A stretch of DNA of 64,000 bases from Chamberlinius hualienensis. Taxonomy: Eukaryota. Made by a program: the position numbers and the translations under genes. The stretch lies in NCBI GenBank assembly GCA_054772095.1, contig BAAGAE010000033.1:4128326-4192325 (forward strand), given 5' to 3'. Under the pieces are notes generated by a model, which searched no databases, had not been told where the DNA came from, and saw nothing but the letters and a program-made list of their open reading frames with translations. Within the stretch, counting starts at the first letter, position 1. Each line of letters opens with the position of its first letter. Below, piece after piece: positions 38,383 through 56,751 of this stretch.

Positions 38383-39595
38383 AATGTTTAACTTTTTTTT
38401 TTACTGATGATGTACGTTGTTAACCTTAATTAAAAATGGATAAAGAAATAATTAAATGACAATTTTTTTTATTTTGATAAAACGACAATATGGGATGAAA
38501 ACCTGAAGCGCTGGAAGGCGTGTTTAAATGTGTGGGCAAGTCGATAGAGTTTGACTGCTTGGTGATAAATTCGTTTCTCGTAAAATAAATTCCCGTAATC
38601 TGTTCTTTTAACATCCTTTACGGCCTTCTGAAATTTAAAGTTGCTTAACAAAACTTGAAGTTGCAAAACCTAAAGAAGTATTATAAAACAGGTTCCATAT
38701 TCTCGTGTTAGATTATCTTAAAAACTTTGTATAGTGAAAGTCAACCTTTTTAAACTGTCAACTTATATACGCCTAAAAGAATTTTTTTTTCTCAATGATT
38801 GAAATTTCTTATAAAAATAAGAAATGTTAAGACAAAATTTGTAACGTCACTTGCGTGTTCTACGCTTACATAAACGTCTATAATATACCATCTTAATTAC
38901 ACCTGATCACCATTATTTTGTACTTGTGACGTCTTGAGCTCTCCATTTTAATTGAATTCCCTACAAGTGGGCATCATTATCATAACATTGTAGAATATGC
39001 AACCTCTCAAGTTTTAAAATTTATAACGAATCGAGAAATAAAAGACTGAAATGTCTTCTACTAATTACAAAATATTTACACACCTACAACTTTTTTTTAA
39101 ATGTTATCCGATACTGTATATAAAACACACCCACACATGAAACAATGAAATATGCGAGAATAAATTTAGAAAACAAAAGAACCATGAAGAGGAAAATGAG
39201 ATGACTCGTCAATGATAGTCTTTACATTTTTCGTCTTTCGGACGTACTACAAAATAATGTACGGAGAGAAACACAAGAGACACTGTTGATGTGTGAGAAG
39301 AAACTGTACAATTGGTTGGATCTTGGGGTTTCGAACTTACGCATCATATTCGTTTTAGGCATCACATTTCATGTAGCGTTGGCACATCACTATCCCACTG
39401 TTTAGGCACAGGCAGCTTATAGAGGTCGATTAGAGACCGTCGCACTTTTCGTCAATAACCAGCATATTTACGCGTTCATCCTAGACATGCTTTTCACGCA
39501 TTATTTCGCACCATCCCCAATGCCCAAAGGAGCATTGTATTTAGAACAGAATTAATTACAGCTGACTACAACTAATCAGCCTTTTACGTAACGTC

Positions 39596-42500
39596 TCATG
39601 TTTGTCTTTCTAACCATTCGACTCGATACCTACTGTAAGGATGATACGGTGGTCGCGCTAAGTCATTATCCCTGTGAAGAATTGTATTGTTCTCTATTTG
39701 ACCATCACACTTCCCCATTAACCATTCGTTATTCTGTCTCTGCTGTTCATCTGTCACGTGACTTCGAACCCATTCTTTATGCCAACGACCAAATTTAGAG
39801 TACAGCTTGTCAGAAATTTTCTTGTGGCACTGCAAATAAGTAATTATAGATAATTGCTTGCAACACGCAAAAACCAATAATACCGTTCTAGCTCTTGCTA
39901 AAGCTGTTTTCTTAACCAAAAAAGTTTCACTCTTAACTACATAAACCATTTTAATATTGCTAGGATTAATTTTGCACTGCGTATTGTCTGTAATTTCCAT
40001 ATCTCGTGGATATTCATCTTTCTTGTCTTGACTACCAGCACTGTCATCTCCAGTGCTACTGTCTTCTTTTTCATTGTTCTGCTTAATTGCTGCGGGCCGT
40101 CGCCGGCAGTTTCTACAAACGTCAAAAATAAATATAAACACTTTATAACATGAAACATAATCAAAGGTCTTATTCAAGATTCGCTTTTATTAACCTCTTT
40201 AATAATATCGGTTTCTGGTAAAGATGTTCTCGAATCACTTCCGACATGGATTCATCATTAGATGCGGAAGTAAATTTCTCAATAAAGTTATTATAGTTGT
40301 TAAACTTTTCCATTTCCAACACATCTTCTGAGTTGTTCGTTTCAGTGCCAACGAGCTCCACAGTAAGTCTACACTCTGGCTTATACTGTGCGAAATGCCT
40401 ATATTAATCGAATGTAGCAGAAAACACAAGTTGCAAACATTTTACCACAAAAATCTTAAAGCAGTTCTCCTCGCTCAGTATCTGTTCCATCTTCTTCTGG
40501 TAAGCAGTCTCATTTACTGCTCTTTGCGTACTTGTTGCGACAAGTCCACCTGTAGCATTGTTCTTCTGCTCCTCCAGAAATACTTCCGTACACTGGATGC
40601 AAGTTTCGTCGCACACAATGTGTTGAAGCTAAAATTGCATACCTACATTTTACATACATGCCACATACAGTACACTGTTTTAATCCAAGACGTACCTGCC
40701 GCACAACACTCTGCACAACTTTATCTAAGGTAAACGCTATGTAAGCATGAATACCAAACATTTCTCTTAACGTGTCTTCGTATGTGTTACTTTCCATATT
40801 GCCATCTAATAGATTTTTCACCATATCAATAAAAGAAGGATAATACTCCTCAATGTCAATATCGCCTACAGAAAAAAATCTAATATAATTGTAAACTTCT
40901 AAAATCTCAAATCAGTTTTTACATTTCGGTTTAAGTAACAGTGATTCAGCTATTGATTCTTTACGGTCTTTTCTATCTCTTGCTTCCTCCGAAGCAATGA
41001 TCACGGATCTCCTATAGATTGTGATCAATCTTTCACAAAGGACCTGATGGAGCCGAAAAAACAGATACCAATTGTTGTTAGCCATAAATAGTGTATATGC
41101 TTCTTCCTAAAAAGCAAAAAAAAAAGTTTTTAAAAAATGAGCAAATTTACTTCTACAGTTTTAGTAAAGAATTCGTGAATTACATTATCTTTTTCAAGTA
41201 AGTTTTTAGAGTTACTGTCGCAATTTCTAACATCACCATTAGGTAGCATGGTGTTGACATCTTCAGCATATTTTCGCAATGATTTATAAACATCATCTAC
41301 AGATTTGGCAGTTTCTTTATAGTCCTGTGACCTTTTCGAATCAGATGATCCATCAGAAGTTGCGTGATTCGATTTAGTTTCATTAGATTCTGGTTCTATA
41401 ATAAAAAACTAAAGTAGCAAGATAAGAGCAATAAAACAAAAGTTATTACCTTCCTCATCCTTTTCGTCATCAGATAAATCTTGTCGTGCATGGAAAAACA
41501 GGTCAGGAATAAACTGCTTAATCAAGTGCTTTATCTTCCTCTTGTCATCCTTATGAATTCCCGTCTGCCTCTTCACATGGTGAATAATAAGATTGGCGGC
41601 ATCATCCAAAATCGATTTGTCCTTATATACAAATGCAATATGGGGACCACACTGCACATCGACAGAACCTTCATCTGACTGTTCCCGTCGCTAAAACAAT
41701 TACATTATTAAAAGTGAGAAATGGAGAGGTTAATAAATACATTTTTCAAAATCTTTTAAAATTTATCTTAAGGCCAACATTTTTATCATCGAGATCCAGG
41801 TACTGTATATTTTCAAAAATCAAACTATTTTCTAACATTTCTTAACTTAATAAAATAGAATAAACAATCAAACAATTTAATTTTGTGGTTAAAATATTAT
41901 GAATTATTCTATGATAATAATAATAAACTAATTTTAAGTCACGACTTATGCTAGTCAAAGCAAAACTATACTAGTATGCGATAATTACCTCTTCACAGAC
42001 GGCTTCAATGTCATTAAGAAAACTCTTTGATCTAAGTGATTTGACGTCATTCTGCTTAAAATTTATCCCCTGGTGGTCCAAAGACTTAAGATAATATTTT
42101 TCATTTTGATCTCTCCATATTTTATTAAAATTTTTTTGAGCTTCTCTCCACTCTTCCTCTTTGGCTTTTAATCGTCTTAAAACAAGCGGCACTGCGACTG
42201 CAGGATTTCTCTTCAAACCATCGATAATATCAGGAGCTTTGTCACCATAAATTCGTTTTACAGTTCGGTGATGAATCACCTGAGACGTGCCACCTAGCGA
42301 ATCGTCTAACCGAAACTTCGTCAACTCATCGGGAGTCATTCTAGACATCTTCTTTTGCACACCTTCTAACACGCGAATAGTCGCCAAATTTGATTCCAAA
42401 ACCACATCCAACTCAAATCGCTCATCTTCGCACCGATAAATATATTCTTCATATTGTGTTTTTCTTGAGCTGACAAACGTAGAGTCTTCAGACCACGAGG

Positions 42501-45500
42501 GAAAAGACACCCAAGTGTCGTTGAGCACTTCTCTACACAACTGAGTACGCCCGCTACATTTTGGTTGAGAGCAAGTCTTCGGAAGAGCACAATAACTTGC
42601 TCCAAGACGTCTACACGTTGAGTAATCTAATAATACAAACAGATAGTCATTAACGACACAGACTACATTTTAATAGAATTCCACTTGCCAATTTCCATGG
42701 CGAGATCGCCACCAATTCTTTCCTGATTTGCTACTCTCGAAGGTACAGGTTCAACGAGAGGTCCACCTTCTTTGTGACCCAGGAAATCTTTGAACCACTT
42801 GAAAATCTCCGGGTATTTTCTGCCATACGAAATTAACAATGTTTACACAAATTTAAAATAGAATTTTAAAATAGCGACTAACCCCAAAAATGGCGTAATA
42901 AGTTGCACCAACTCACTACGAGATATGATTTCATTATTAAATAATGTTACACAACGAAGAAAATTATCGTAAACTTCTGAACTTTTAAAAGCTTTTTTAA
43001 CCTGCAAAAAAATATTAATGAGATTAATAATCATTTTAAAAACTAGGACTGGTACTAATAAAAATTTTATTGTTCGATTAATCGGGTAATTTTGAATCAT
43101 GTCTTTCCATGATTAAAACTTCATACTCAACCATTACTGACTGCATACAAAGTATTAAATTTGTTATATACAAAACTGACTTTAAAACAAACAGTCGATT
43201 GTGTATGGATACTTTTTCCCCATTGAAAAATGTTACTTTGTTGGTTTCAATATATAGTACTAATATTGTTTTAGCCAATTTATTTTTCAGTGTAAGTTTA
43301 TTTTTATGACTTATAATTATATTTTAAAAAATCAGTTAAGTTCAGCTGTACATAAAATTATTATCAAAAAACATGATGTAAGAATACTTTTTTCACCACT
43401 GTATAGCTTTTAGCTGATCTACTTGCACTGCAACTCTGCATTAGTCAGTGTAAATGTAGTTTACTATATACACAACACTAGTTAGTTCCAACTATCAGTT
43501 TTGTTTACTGTCTGAACGGAAATAGAAAGCTGCTAAGCTAAACACGAGTGTTCAAGAAAATAAGCAACCAATATACGAAAAATTACTAATTAATGAAAAT
43601 TTAACCAATGAAAATTTTTTTTATGATCAATCGATTAATTAATCATTAATTTCCGCAGCCATGAAAGCAAATAACTCACTTTTTCAAAACAAGTAAACTC
43701 GTGTATTGTGCCATATTTTCCCGCCTCCGCCAAAGTTATATCTTTCAAAGTTCCCAATTTAGGCTTCTAGAAAATAACAATAATTAGACAACTGCAAGTC
43801 CTGTATCCAAATGTAATTCAAACACAAGGTAAAACAAGAATCCACATTCTTCAAAAAAGCTCCCCCACCAACGGCAAGTACTTACCTTGGATGGTGGCGA
43901 GCGATTTCCAACAGATGAAGAAGGACGTTTAATGGAAGAGATCACCTTGGTCTGGCCAAATGGAGGACCGCTACTACTAACCTTATTAGGCAGCGAGGGG
44001 CCAGAAACTGTGGGCCTCTTCAAAGGAATCACATGTTTGGTTTGGTTATTACTACTACTGCTGCTGCCGCCGCCAACACTGCCACTACCAGCAACAGCAG
44101 CGTTACCACTACTTCCACTGTTCGAACTTAGATTGTTACATGGTTTGCTGATCAGAGGTTTCTTTACCGCCGAAGTGTGGTCATTATTGACGGTTTTCAT
44201 AGGCTGGTTGATGATAATGTATAAAAATCACAAATATTCCACAAAAAAACGTTAAAATTGCAACTTACCTTTCTTGGTGTCTTATTATTAATACTATTCC
44301 AAACGTCTCCCTAAGATAACACAAAACGGTAAGAGCTGCCACTTACCAAAAACCACATAACCATATACTTACGGTCACTAAAGTAGCAGTTGTTCCATTT
44401 GCGTCAGGTAAGAACTGTCCAAACTCCTGTAAAAGATCTTCTTGATTCTGAAATAGCTTAGCGACCTGCTGGTAGACTTCTGCTTCTGTGAGAGGCTTTG
44501 TTCCTGAAGTGATGCCTTCTTTTAAGTTCCGCTGTTCTTTTTGGTAAGTATGAAGAATCTCCAAAAACTGTTTGTATATATCTGGCTGCCCTTGAAAACG
44601 ATTCTACCAAATAAAAAATATATTAACCTATTCCTTGATCATAGCACTGAAAATTACTTTTATTTTATTGACATAGTTAATCGCATGATTAAATTCGACT
44701 GGTTGATTTGCCGTAGGAGGTTGCGAATGAATTGGCGATGAAACGCTGCTAGATGACAGTTGAGAACTATGTTGCTGCTGTGGCGGCTGATGGTAAGAGT
44801 GCTGAGGAGTTGCAGCTGACGGTTGTTGAGAATGACTAATCACTGGCGAAGATTGAACTGCTGATGGTGGTGCATGATGACCACTCGTCTGCAACAAAAA
44901 TATGCCATGACGAAAATTTTAAAAATTGGGTTAAGTATTAAAACGTTATTACATATTACGTAATCAGAACTAAAAAAAAATTTAAATACTTAGGTTGATC
45001 GATCAACTTGCCAATGTACAAAAATATTACACTTGATATGCAATATATTAATATCTAGTTAGTAGTATATCGTGCACCAATTAATGATAATTCACCTTCT
45101 GTGAAGATGACAGCGGCAATGACGGAACCGATACATTTGTGGAAGGCGGATGAAGAATGGTGACTGTTGATGATCCAGGAACACAAACGTTAACCTGATC
45201 ATTAGCTTGAATTTCAATTTTATAGCCAGGAGGAAGGAATGTATTGAATCCAACAATTAGCTCTGGGTGTCCTTTAAACAAATGAGATACTCGTTGAATA
45301 ACTCCCGGAGTATCGATGCTAGAATACGCAGTAAAACCAATAATTACACTTTAGCAAGCAAGAACAAATCAAATTCGAATACTACCTTTGAGATTTAAAT
45401 TCCTTCATAATATCCAAAAAGTCGTTATAAACTTGGGGATTATTACCGAATTTGAACTTCACCTGATCCAAGTAAGACAACGCATCTTCAACTTTTAATC

Positions 45501-45984
45501 TTTGAAACTGCTGTTGAGGTATCTGCTGCTGTTGAGCTCCAGATGGTGAATGAACAGCAGTAGGTGCCGCAACTGAATTAGTGTGTCCCGTAATCGGGGT
45601 CGATGCATGATGTGATGCTATAGTTAACGAATGGTGCTGTAAATGAACAGCCGAAGAAAGAGATGTTGATGTTTGACCACCAGTTCCAACTACTCCCCCA
45701 GCAGTAATATTCCCCCCTCCACCACTACTACTATTGCTGCTACCACCACCACTACCTCCACTTTGCGATATACCAGTCGTAATCTGGTAACTCTGCATGG
45801 GGTACTGAATACTACTTTGCATGTTCCGAGGCTTAGATTCACTACCAGTCGATTTAGTCACAATGTGGGTAGCTGCCACCGGTGTTACCAGACGGCAGCC
45901 AACTTCTTTACCAACCCCACGGATCGCGTAATTAAATGAACTACTTGCAATAATGTCGTGATGGTCGTCAAGGCGACGTTTCAT
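39596..45984 (-). CDS. SIN3: Sin3 (paired amphipathic helix co-repressor, SIN3A/B orthologue). ATG at 45984 (MKRRLDD...). Domains by position: PAH1 about 45082-45480; PAH2 about 44343-44897; Ser/Gly-rich linker 43784-44200; PAH3 about 42843-43100; HDAC-interaction domain 41971-42540; Sin3a_C/HCR 39596-41660. There are at least 15 exons.
   Basis: Minus-strand ORFs match Sin3 along its length. Examples: [40 protein letters not shown] and [22 protein letters not shown] (PAH1); [14 protein letters not shown] + [15 protein letters not shown]...[27 protein letters not shown] (PAH2); [30 protein letters not shown] (PAH3); [58 protein letters not shown]...[20 protein letters not shown] (HID, near-identical to human SIN3A); [31 protein letters not shown]; [29 protein letters not shown]; KMVYVVKSE...C-terminus. 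A 53-nt intron at about 39835-39887 is read through in-frame by the ORF track. A 5'UTR exon at about 46215-46275 is indicated by the donor caggtgagttt on the minus strand. Confidence 0.9.
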
Positions 45985-46929
45985 GCTTCACTCACATGGA
46001 ACTACAAAGGTCAAAAGAATTCAGTTAATGATAACGGAAATATTTCTTTGAATTGTTTTCACAAGTCAATTTTCAAAACCAGTCCGGTTCTACCTTGTTT
46101 ATATCTAGCGTACAAATAGATCAATAAAAGCGACTATAGTAACTAATTGCAAGTAATATTTAAATACTTAACAAGTAATAGAAAAAATTAAATAACACTG
46201 CTTAGAGTGTGAAAACACCAAACTCACCTGACATGTGAGACCACAGTAAGTTGCTCGTGCAACCGACGATGACACCTGAAACAGAAAAAAAAACAATCAC
46301 GCTCAGATATTGCTACGTAGAAAAAGCAGCTGAAAACCTCCATTCTATCGTCACATTGATGCGGTCACTGCCATAACGCCATTAATGCCGCCAAAACTCT
46401 TACACTACTATGCAAGACATACAACCGATTCAATCAATTTCTATTATTTTCGTTTTACCGCTTACTGGAATAACCAAAAATCATCGTGTTGGTCGTTAAA
46501 TTTGAATCAGGAGAGAGAAAGAGGGGATTTGTTTTGCTGATTAGGCTTAAACGGTTCTTCAGCAAAAAGTGGTTTGGAGACATATCAACGTTTAATCCTT
46601 CCAATATCACAGATTTCAAACACCCACAAACTTACCATTTCAATTTATCAGGTTCAGTTGTATACTTTTACCATTCACAGACAGAAATTCCAGACAATTT
46701 AGAAGTCTTGGTAGACAAGCAACACTAGCACAACACGGCGGCACTTCTGCGTTCACGGTTCACCTTTATGGTTTCCCCTCCCTTAACTGCACCTCCCTCA
46801 TGTTGATTGTTAGCGCCCAAAAACATCCACCCCTCGCATAGATGGCACGCCAAATAGCATGGAACATTCCAAACAAATGCGCATCCGATCGCAATAAAAG
46901 CTAGGGGTACACTTGACAAGTAGGATTGG

Positions 46930-47160
46930 TGGTATCGAAAAAAGTAGTGAAACTGTACTCATTAAAGATATCGACTAAACGTATCGATACAATGAAGTAT
47001 AGTGTGCTTTTCCGCGTAAAGAATAACCGATTACTTGTTTTTAAATATACCCACATTTCAAATAAAAAACCTCAGACGTTTGTAATAATGAATTTAAAAA
47101 AAAAACAATAAATGTATCGATGCCCGAGAAGTATCGCAGCATCAAATACTATGTATCGCA
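46930..47160. promoter_or_regulatory. Cluster of six TATCGA / TATCGATA (DRE-like) motifs about 0.65-0.9 kb upstream of the Sin3 transcription start.
   Basis: Read directly: ggTATCGAaaa (46933), agaTATCGActaaacgTATCGATAcaatg (46969-46996), gTATCGATgcccgagaagTATCGCagc (47113-47140), gTATCGCaaac (47152). Confidence 0.3.
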
Positions 47161-50100
47161 AACACAGTATATATTCTCCAACCCAACCACCAACGGGTTA
47201 CAATAAATTTGGAAAACATATTGCGTGTTAAATATTATTAAAGAATTCATTCATAACGACCGCCAAATTTCAACTGTATATGCCATTGTAATTTAAAAAA
47301 GTATTTCAATTTAGTTTTAAACTCTTATTCAAGTGCTTATGAAACGCTGGAATGTCATACTTTGGTAATAATACTCAATCATTTCAATGCCATCCTTTAA
47401 ATTCCAAGTGAACGTAAATTTAACGGGAGTAAATTTCTATTTTCATAAACTTTCATTAGAATTGTAAGACTGGGACCGAGAGAAGATTCATTTTATCATT
47501 AAATAATACTAAACTTTCCCGAACAATAATAGAAAATTCGCAAAACCATTATATCATTGTGATTTAAGAATATTCGAAAACATTTCACCCGACTTAATCA
47601 ATTACTTTTGGGAAAGCGAATGGCAAACGTAAATGTAGCAGTTTGAACAACTTTTATCAGTTCGAACAACTTCTAATAATTTATTTCGCCCATTTATTTC
47701 ACGCTGACATCAATGGAATCACTTTTTAAAAGCTATAAAAGCAAAACAAATAACTTGCAAGTGCATTGATATTATGTAAAAGAACACTAACTTTTTAATG
47801 AAATGCAAAGTATAATCTACACTGCTGTATAAAAGTTTCATTTTCCATAAACTGTACAATATATGTATTGAACTAAAACTTATCGTTTATTTTTAATTAG
47901 GTGATAATTAGTTTTATTTCTTTGCAACGGAATAAACAGTCTAGTGCTTTGCAATGCACTTTTTTTTTACTCGTGTTGACTAATATCATTTGTGTTACGT
48001 GAAATTTTCGATTGGTGCAATAAATTGTCAGAGCTTCGTTTTCTAGTGTATTCTAAGCTTACGAAGGTCCTCCCTCGCGGTAGAAACATGATGGACTGAC
48101 CCGCTGCGATAAGCAACAATGCACCGCCATAAGTTTAAGGCGCGCAGCTTACGACCTGCAATATTTACGTAATGATGGGTCATGCTAATTTTTCTAATAA
48201 ATACAGCTATTGTCTAATAAACTACTGTCAATGACTGATTTTCTGGTACTAATATTAATGAAAAACTCCAAAAGTAATTGATAAAGGGGTTAAATTATGA
48301 AAACAATGTCTGAAAGTAGAGTTGGTAATTCATTTCCCATGAACATGTACCACTTATACCACGGTTACACCACAACACCGTCGAATTTATTACATTAATG
48401 GTTTCAAGTTATAAAAAAAAATTGTTTACTCATTTGTTACTCATTTATTCAGAGCTGATAGGAAAAGTGGGTGTCGCTGGCTGGCCAGCATATGAACTGC
48501 TGCAAATTTTAGCGCGTCCGTCAGACGAGTCCATTTCAATTCTCTTTCAAAGTCAGCATCGTCGTCAAAATAATTTTGGTTCAAACAAAATTGGAATTAA
48601 GTATTTTTAGCTTACCTTATCTCGAATTTAGATTGCCAAACTCGGTCGCTGATTCGGTCACAGTTAATTCATCAATTTGTCAACTATTTTTAAGTACTTG
48701 GAGCAAAAGCGCGCACACATACACAAACAAACACTGATCAGATGATCGTCTATTAGCCGAGCTCCGTCCCGACTACATCCCGGACGCTCGTTGCTTAACG
48801 GTGATCACTAAATCTTTCAAATAAATTCACATCTATGACGATGAGACATTTAGAAAATTATATGTCACCAAATACAATTAAAATTATTACCGATGACAGC
48901 GAAATTTCTTCGATTACGATACCGATCAAATCATTACCCTTCCGAGCTCCATTAAAATTTCTCAAACTAACAGTTTTTAGATACAGCTGTGACGTAAGTC
49001 GTTGGAACCCGATTATCTACCAATGGCGTAACTAGAAAATTGGCGGCTTTGAAAAATGTACGTAACAACGCCTACTTTCGACCTTTGACGGGAAGTCTAA
49101 ATTAAAAAAGCCGACAGTGTGCCTGTACTCTACAGTAGGCTACTCAGCACCAAGTTCAGTGGATTGTGTTATACAGTGGACCGGGCTGTTACAGAGGACC
49201 ATTTTTCTTTAACGTGGATCACTTTCACTTTAAAATAAATTATGTTTGATCCATTTGTTAGTTTTTTTTTTATTTTTTGAAAAAAGCAATATAAAATTAC
49301 TCCTTACAAAGTCTGGTATGATTGTGACATGCATTAGTTTTATTTCTCTATTGACTTACCTGTAGTTATTTGAAACATTCATCGAAATTTAAAAGTACCG
49401 GTTCTCCGATAGTTCATTTTCTGTTAGTTACCGTTGGTAATTACAATACAATATATCAATTTAATCATTATTTAGATCGAATCGGATTCAAAGCTAAAAC
49501 ACATTTTAAATCCCAAAAATGTAGGTACTATATTTTATGATTAATTCTAAAAAGTAAACCCTCCTAAAAAGTAAAAATTGTAAATTGTATGGCAAACGAC
49601 AAAGATGGCAATCAACTTGTCTTGGTTTAATTATATATATTTATATATGTTTTGATTTACAAATTAACTATTGCACTTCTGGGTAGATTAACCCACTGCC
49701 AAAAATGCCAATTGTTCCCTTTTACATATTAATCTTTTTGCGTTATTGAATTTAATCAATTAATACAGCATAAGCATGCTTCTGTTGTTAATTACTAGAT
49801 AGCGACACTTGCTAATTGCGTTACCAGTGACGTCTGACGCGAGCACAGCTGTTTTCTGTATATTTAGTCAAAATTGCTTACGGATTTAATCCCTAGATGA
49901 CGACACTTCCTGGTCATTTACACGTGACAAAAAACAAACAAACAGTTAATTGAGATAACTACTGTATATAAAAGCACTTAAAACCACTCAGTAAAGATAA
50001 ATGAAGAATTGACATGTGCTTCCATTATTCCACAGATTAATTTGTTCATACATGAAACTAAATACCAAGTTCTAAAGTCGTCTTATCGATTCTACAGGAC

Positions 50101-50732
50101 TTTAGAACAACCTTTTGTCAATGAAATTTATTAATGTGTACAGTATACCGTACAGTAAGAATAATCCTTTTGCAATAGAATTCCGCTTTTGGCAAATTAA
50201 TAGAATACACCTTTTCGCAAATCGAATTCTGCCTTCGGTAGATCAAAGTAGTATCAAATATTTGCTTAAGCTTTGAATAATAATAATAAATCTAATGTCA
50301 AGTTACTATTATAATTAAACTTTTTAATGTATTCACGATGACCCTAGATGAAAACACTTACTAGGGAGTTAACACCAGAAACTTCAAAGCAATTAGCAAT
50401 GCCATAGTCTATAGATACTATGGTCATGCCACTTCAAAATGCAGTACATACAAACCAATGGGAGCGGAGATTTTAATGACAAACTTTGCCACCAGCAGGT
50501 GCTGAGGTTTCAATGTGATTGTAAAACACTTTGATTTTAACATTTTAGTGCTATTTTGGATACAACAGTAGAGTATTTTGAATCGATTAAAAATACAGTA
50601 GTGGAAATTATGCCCATAAATTATAATTAATTTGTTTTACTATTTTTATGAGTTTAAATTAGGCATTGATGTTGATGTACAGCATGATTTTGACATTGCT
50701 TTTGATATATTTCATTTGTTTTGGTTTTGATT

Positions 50733-51200
50733 AGGGCTGCAAATGATTCAATTTTTTTTGGTTGATTAATTCTAATGCAAATATAGATTCAACTAATAAA
50801 AGTTTTAAAAAATGTAAAGAGTTACAGATATTTTCATTAGTTATACTCAAGACATAATTTATAAAGTTAAAGAGTTCTACTATCATAAGTATAGAGTCAT
50901 ACTGTTGTTAGCTAGTACAGTATATTAGTTATACTGACAGACAAATAGACACAATGTTTATTTCCAAATCTTGATTACAGTGAATTCAGTCAACTTTGTC
51001 GTAATCTTCTATTTCACCATAGGTATTTAGCTTTAAAATGAAATATGTTCAACTTTTCGGTTAAATGATTGACTTAAAAGTTACTTTCATTACTAGAATA
51101 GGGAGAACTGATTTATCACTGATTAATTTTTTAAATCAATTAATCAATGCAAAAATGTTGATCGATTAATTAATCACAAAAAGTTAACTTCTGCAGCCTT
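50733..51200. mobile_element. Putative MITE-like element of about 470 bp with GGCTGCA-type termini. It is nested between a longer inverted-repeat pair at about 50380-50520 and 51560-51700. A related fragment lies at 43590-43660, inside a Sin3 intron.
   Basis: Terminus 50733 gggctgcaaatgattcaatttttttt...gattaattc against terminus 51165 aattaatcacaaaaagttaacttctgcagcc, which reads ggctgcagaag... in reverse complement. Compare 43621 gatcaatcgattaattaatcattaatttccgcagcc with 51150 gatcgattaattaatcacaaaaagttaacttctgcagcc. Outer inverted repeat: 50401 gccatagtctatagatactatggtcatgccact against the reverse complement of 51608-51640. Confidence 0.35.
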
Positions 51201-52985
51201 AGTTTTGATATATAAATATTTTTTACTTATTATATTTTGATAAAAGCTTGTATATGAAATTTGATTTAATTTAATTTATTGCTAATAATATACAGTACTG
51301 TACATACACACGAAATTGAGATAATTTTATGTAAAAAGTGCATCACTTGAATGAAACGAAGCAATGCACTAACTTTATGTATCATTCCCTTTGCATAAAC
51401 AAAATGTCCATAACATGTAATGAGTTACTGTACTAAATAAAAAATGATAGTAAACATATAAATCTAAAAATACCTCAAAAATAAAATTATAATATCATCA
51501 ATAAGTTTATAAAAAGTTTTCATTAGCATACAGTAACATGACGTACAAGCTTATTGTCAATCTCACTACACCACTGCGCCACTGTTGGTGTAGCTTGTCC
51601 CTAAAGATTCTTTTGAAGGAGTGGCATGACCATAGTATCTATGGCAATGCTTTGATTTACAGTGGCCGTTTGGAGCGCTAGAGGCAGCATGGCTAGCCGC
51701 TATGGTGTCCTCTAGTTCGTCTCGCGAATTGAAATTTTGGACGAGCACTTCCGATTGAAATTTTGGATGATCACTTAAAAAATTATTAGAATGTCTCGGA
51801 ACTACGGTATTATAATGATATAAATAGCTGCAATTGTGTTGAAAGTGAGATTCTGAAATCATTATATACTTACTATTTGTACATACTATACAAAATGTTA
51901 CTTCATATAATTATGCTAATTACTTACATGTTAATTAAGTTATGGGATTTCTACTATCCATTTGAAAATTATTATAACTAAAAAAATAATGATTTTCTAT
52001 TTTTAACGCCTAACTGGTGTTTAAAATGATTTTTTTTAACAATGAGCACGTTACTCCTTATATGAACGATGAATTGAAGTTTTTGAACAAGATTCTCTAA
52101 ATTGGACGCATGTCCGAATTGCCCGTTTCGAGCACGAGTACTCGAGTAGCGATGATGAAAGAGCGTACATAATTGTCAAAGTGAATGGCTTCTTTGTTCA
52201 GCTGGAAATGTTGCTAGCCAATTACAGTTGCCACTGCTAAGTTCGCAATCGAAACCGTAATATCTATTCGAAAATTTATAAACTGGTTAATAACACTTTT
52301 AAATTTAAATTACTCTGAAGTTATCAATAAGGATTGACGTTGGTACATAAAGTTTGCCGTTGTGTGTATTTGCACATGGAGTTGGAATTCATGTATGCTT
52401 AAAATTAGACTACTAAGCTACAGTTTGTTATGGCAACACCTTAGATTGCTAGTGTGATATTGAAAGATTTCGAGACACGTAAGTAGTTGAAGAATAATTC
52501 AGTTTTAACTAGCAAATAATAGATAACAAATTAAGCCTAAAATGGGGAAAAATTAGTCATCTTTGTAACGCTGAAGTTAAATGTATATTATTCATTTATC
52601 GTAAATGTTCCGAACGCCATTGTTAGGTAAATGCTAGATTAACTTCAATTGGTATCAAACTGCTGAAAAGTATTTTTTGCGATATTCTTAATTGAAAGAT
52701 CAGTTTTATTTGAAAGGTCTTAGATGAATGTATCTAAAACTAAACGAAACAGCAGACAGTAAATTCAAATTGTATGCGATGCATTGGTAAATAGCAGCCA
52801 ATGTGAAAGGTTAGACGCAAATCATTTGAGCTTTAAATTCAACGTTGACACAAATAACTGATTGCGCAATGTACTACGTTTTCGCAACAGTACTGCTTGA
52901 AGGCACTGTTGGTTGGATGTAAATTTAATAAAAAAAAATTTAATTTTGCAGGTCTTTAAAATTTGAGCAGATAATTAAAGTTTGA

Positions 52986-56751
<3,766 letters not shown>

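Noticed and set aside
43887-45939. Plus-strand ORFs antisense to Sin3 exons (43887-44255 +, 45673-45939 +, 44541-44741 +).
   Set aside because: They are reverse-complement shadows of the Ser/Gly/Gln-rich low-complexity coding regions of Sin3. The minus-strand frame carries the homology.
46486-46728. 80-aa plus-strand ORF in the Sin3 upstream region, considered as a divergent-promoter partner gene.
   Set aside because: No homology and no splice signals. It lies in AT-rich sequence where ORFs of this length arise by chance once non-ATG starts are allowed. Several ORFs marked M in the track actually begin with TTG or GTG, for example 53291, 56102 and 59214.
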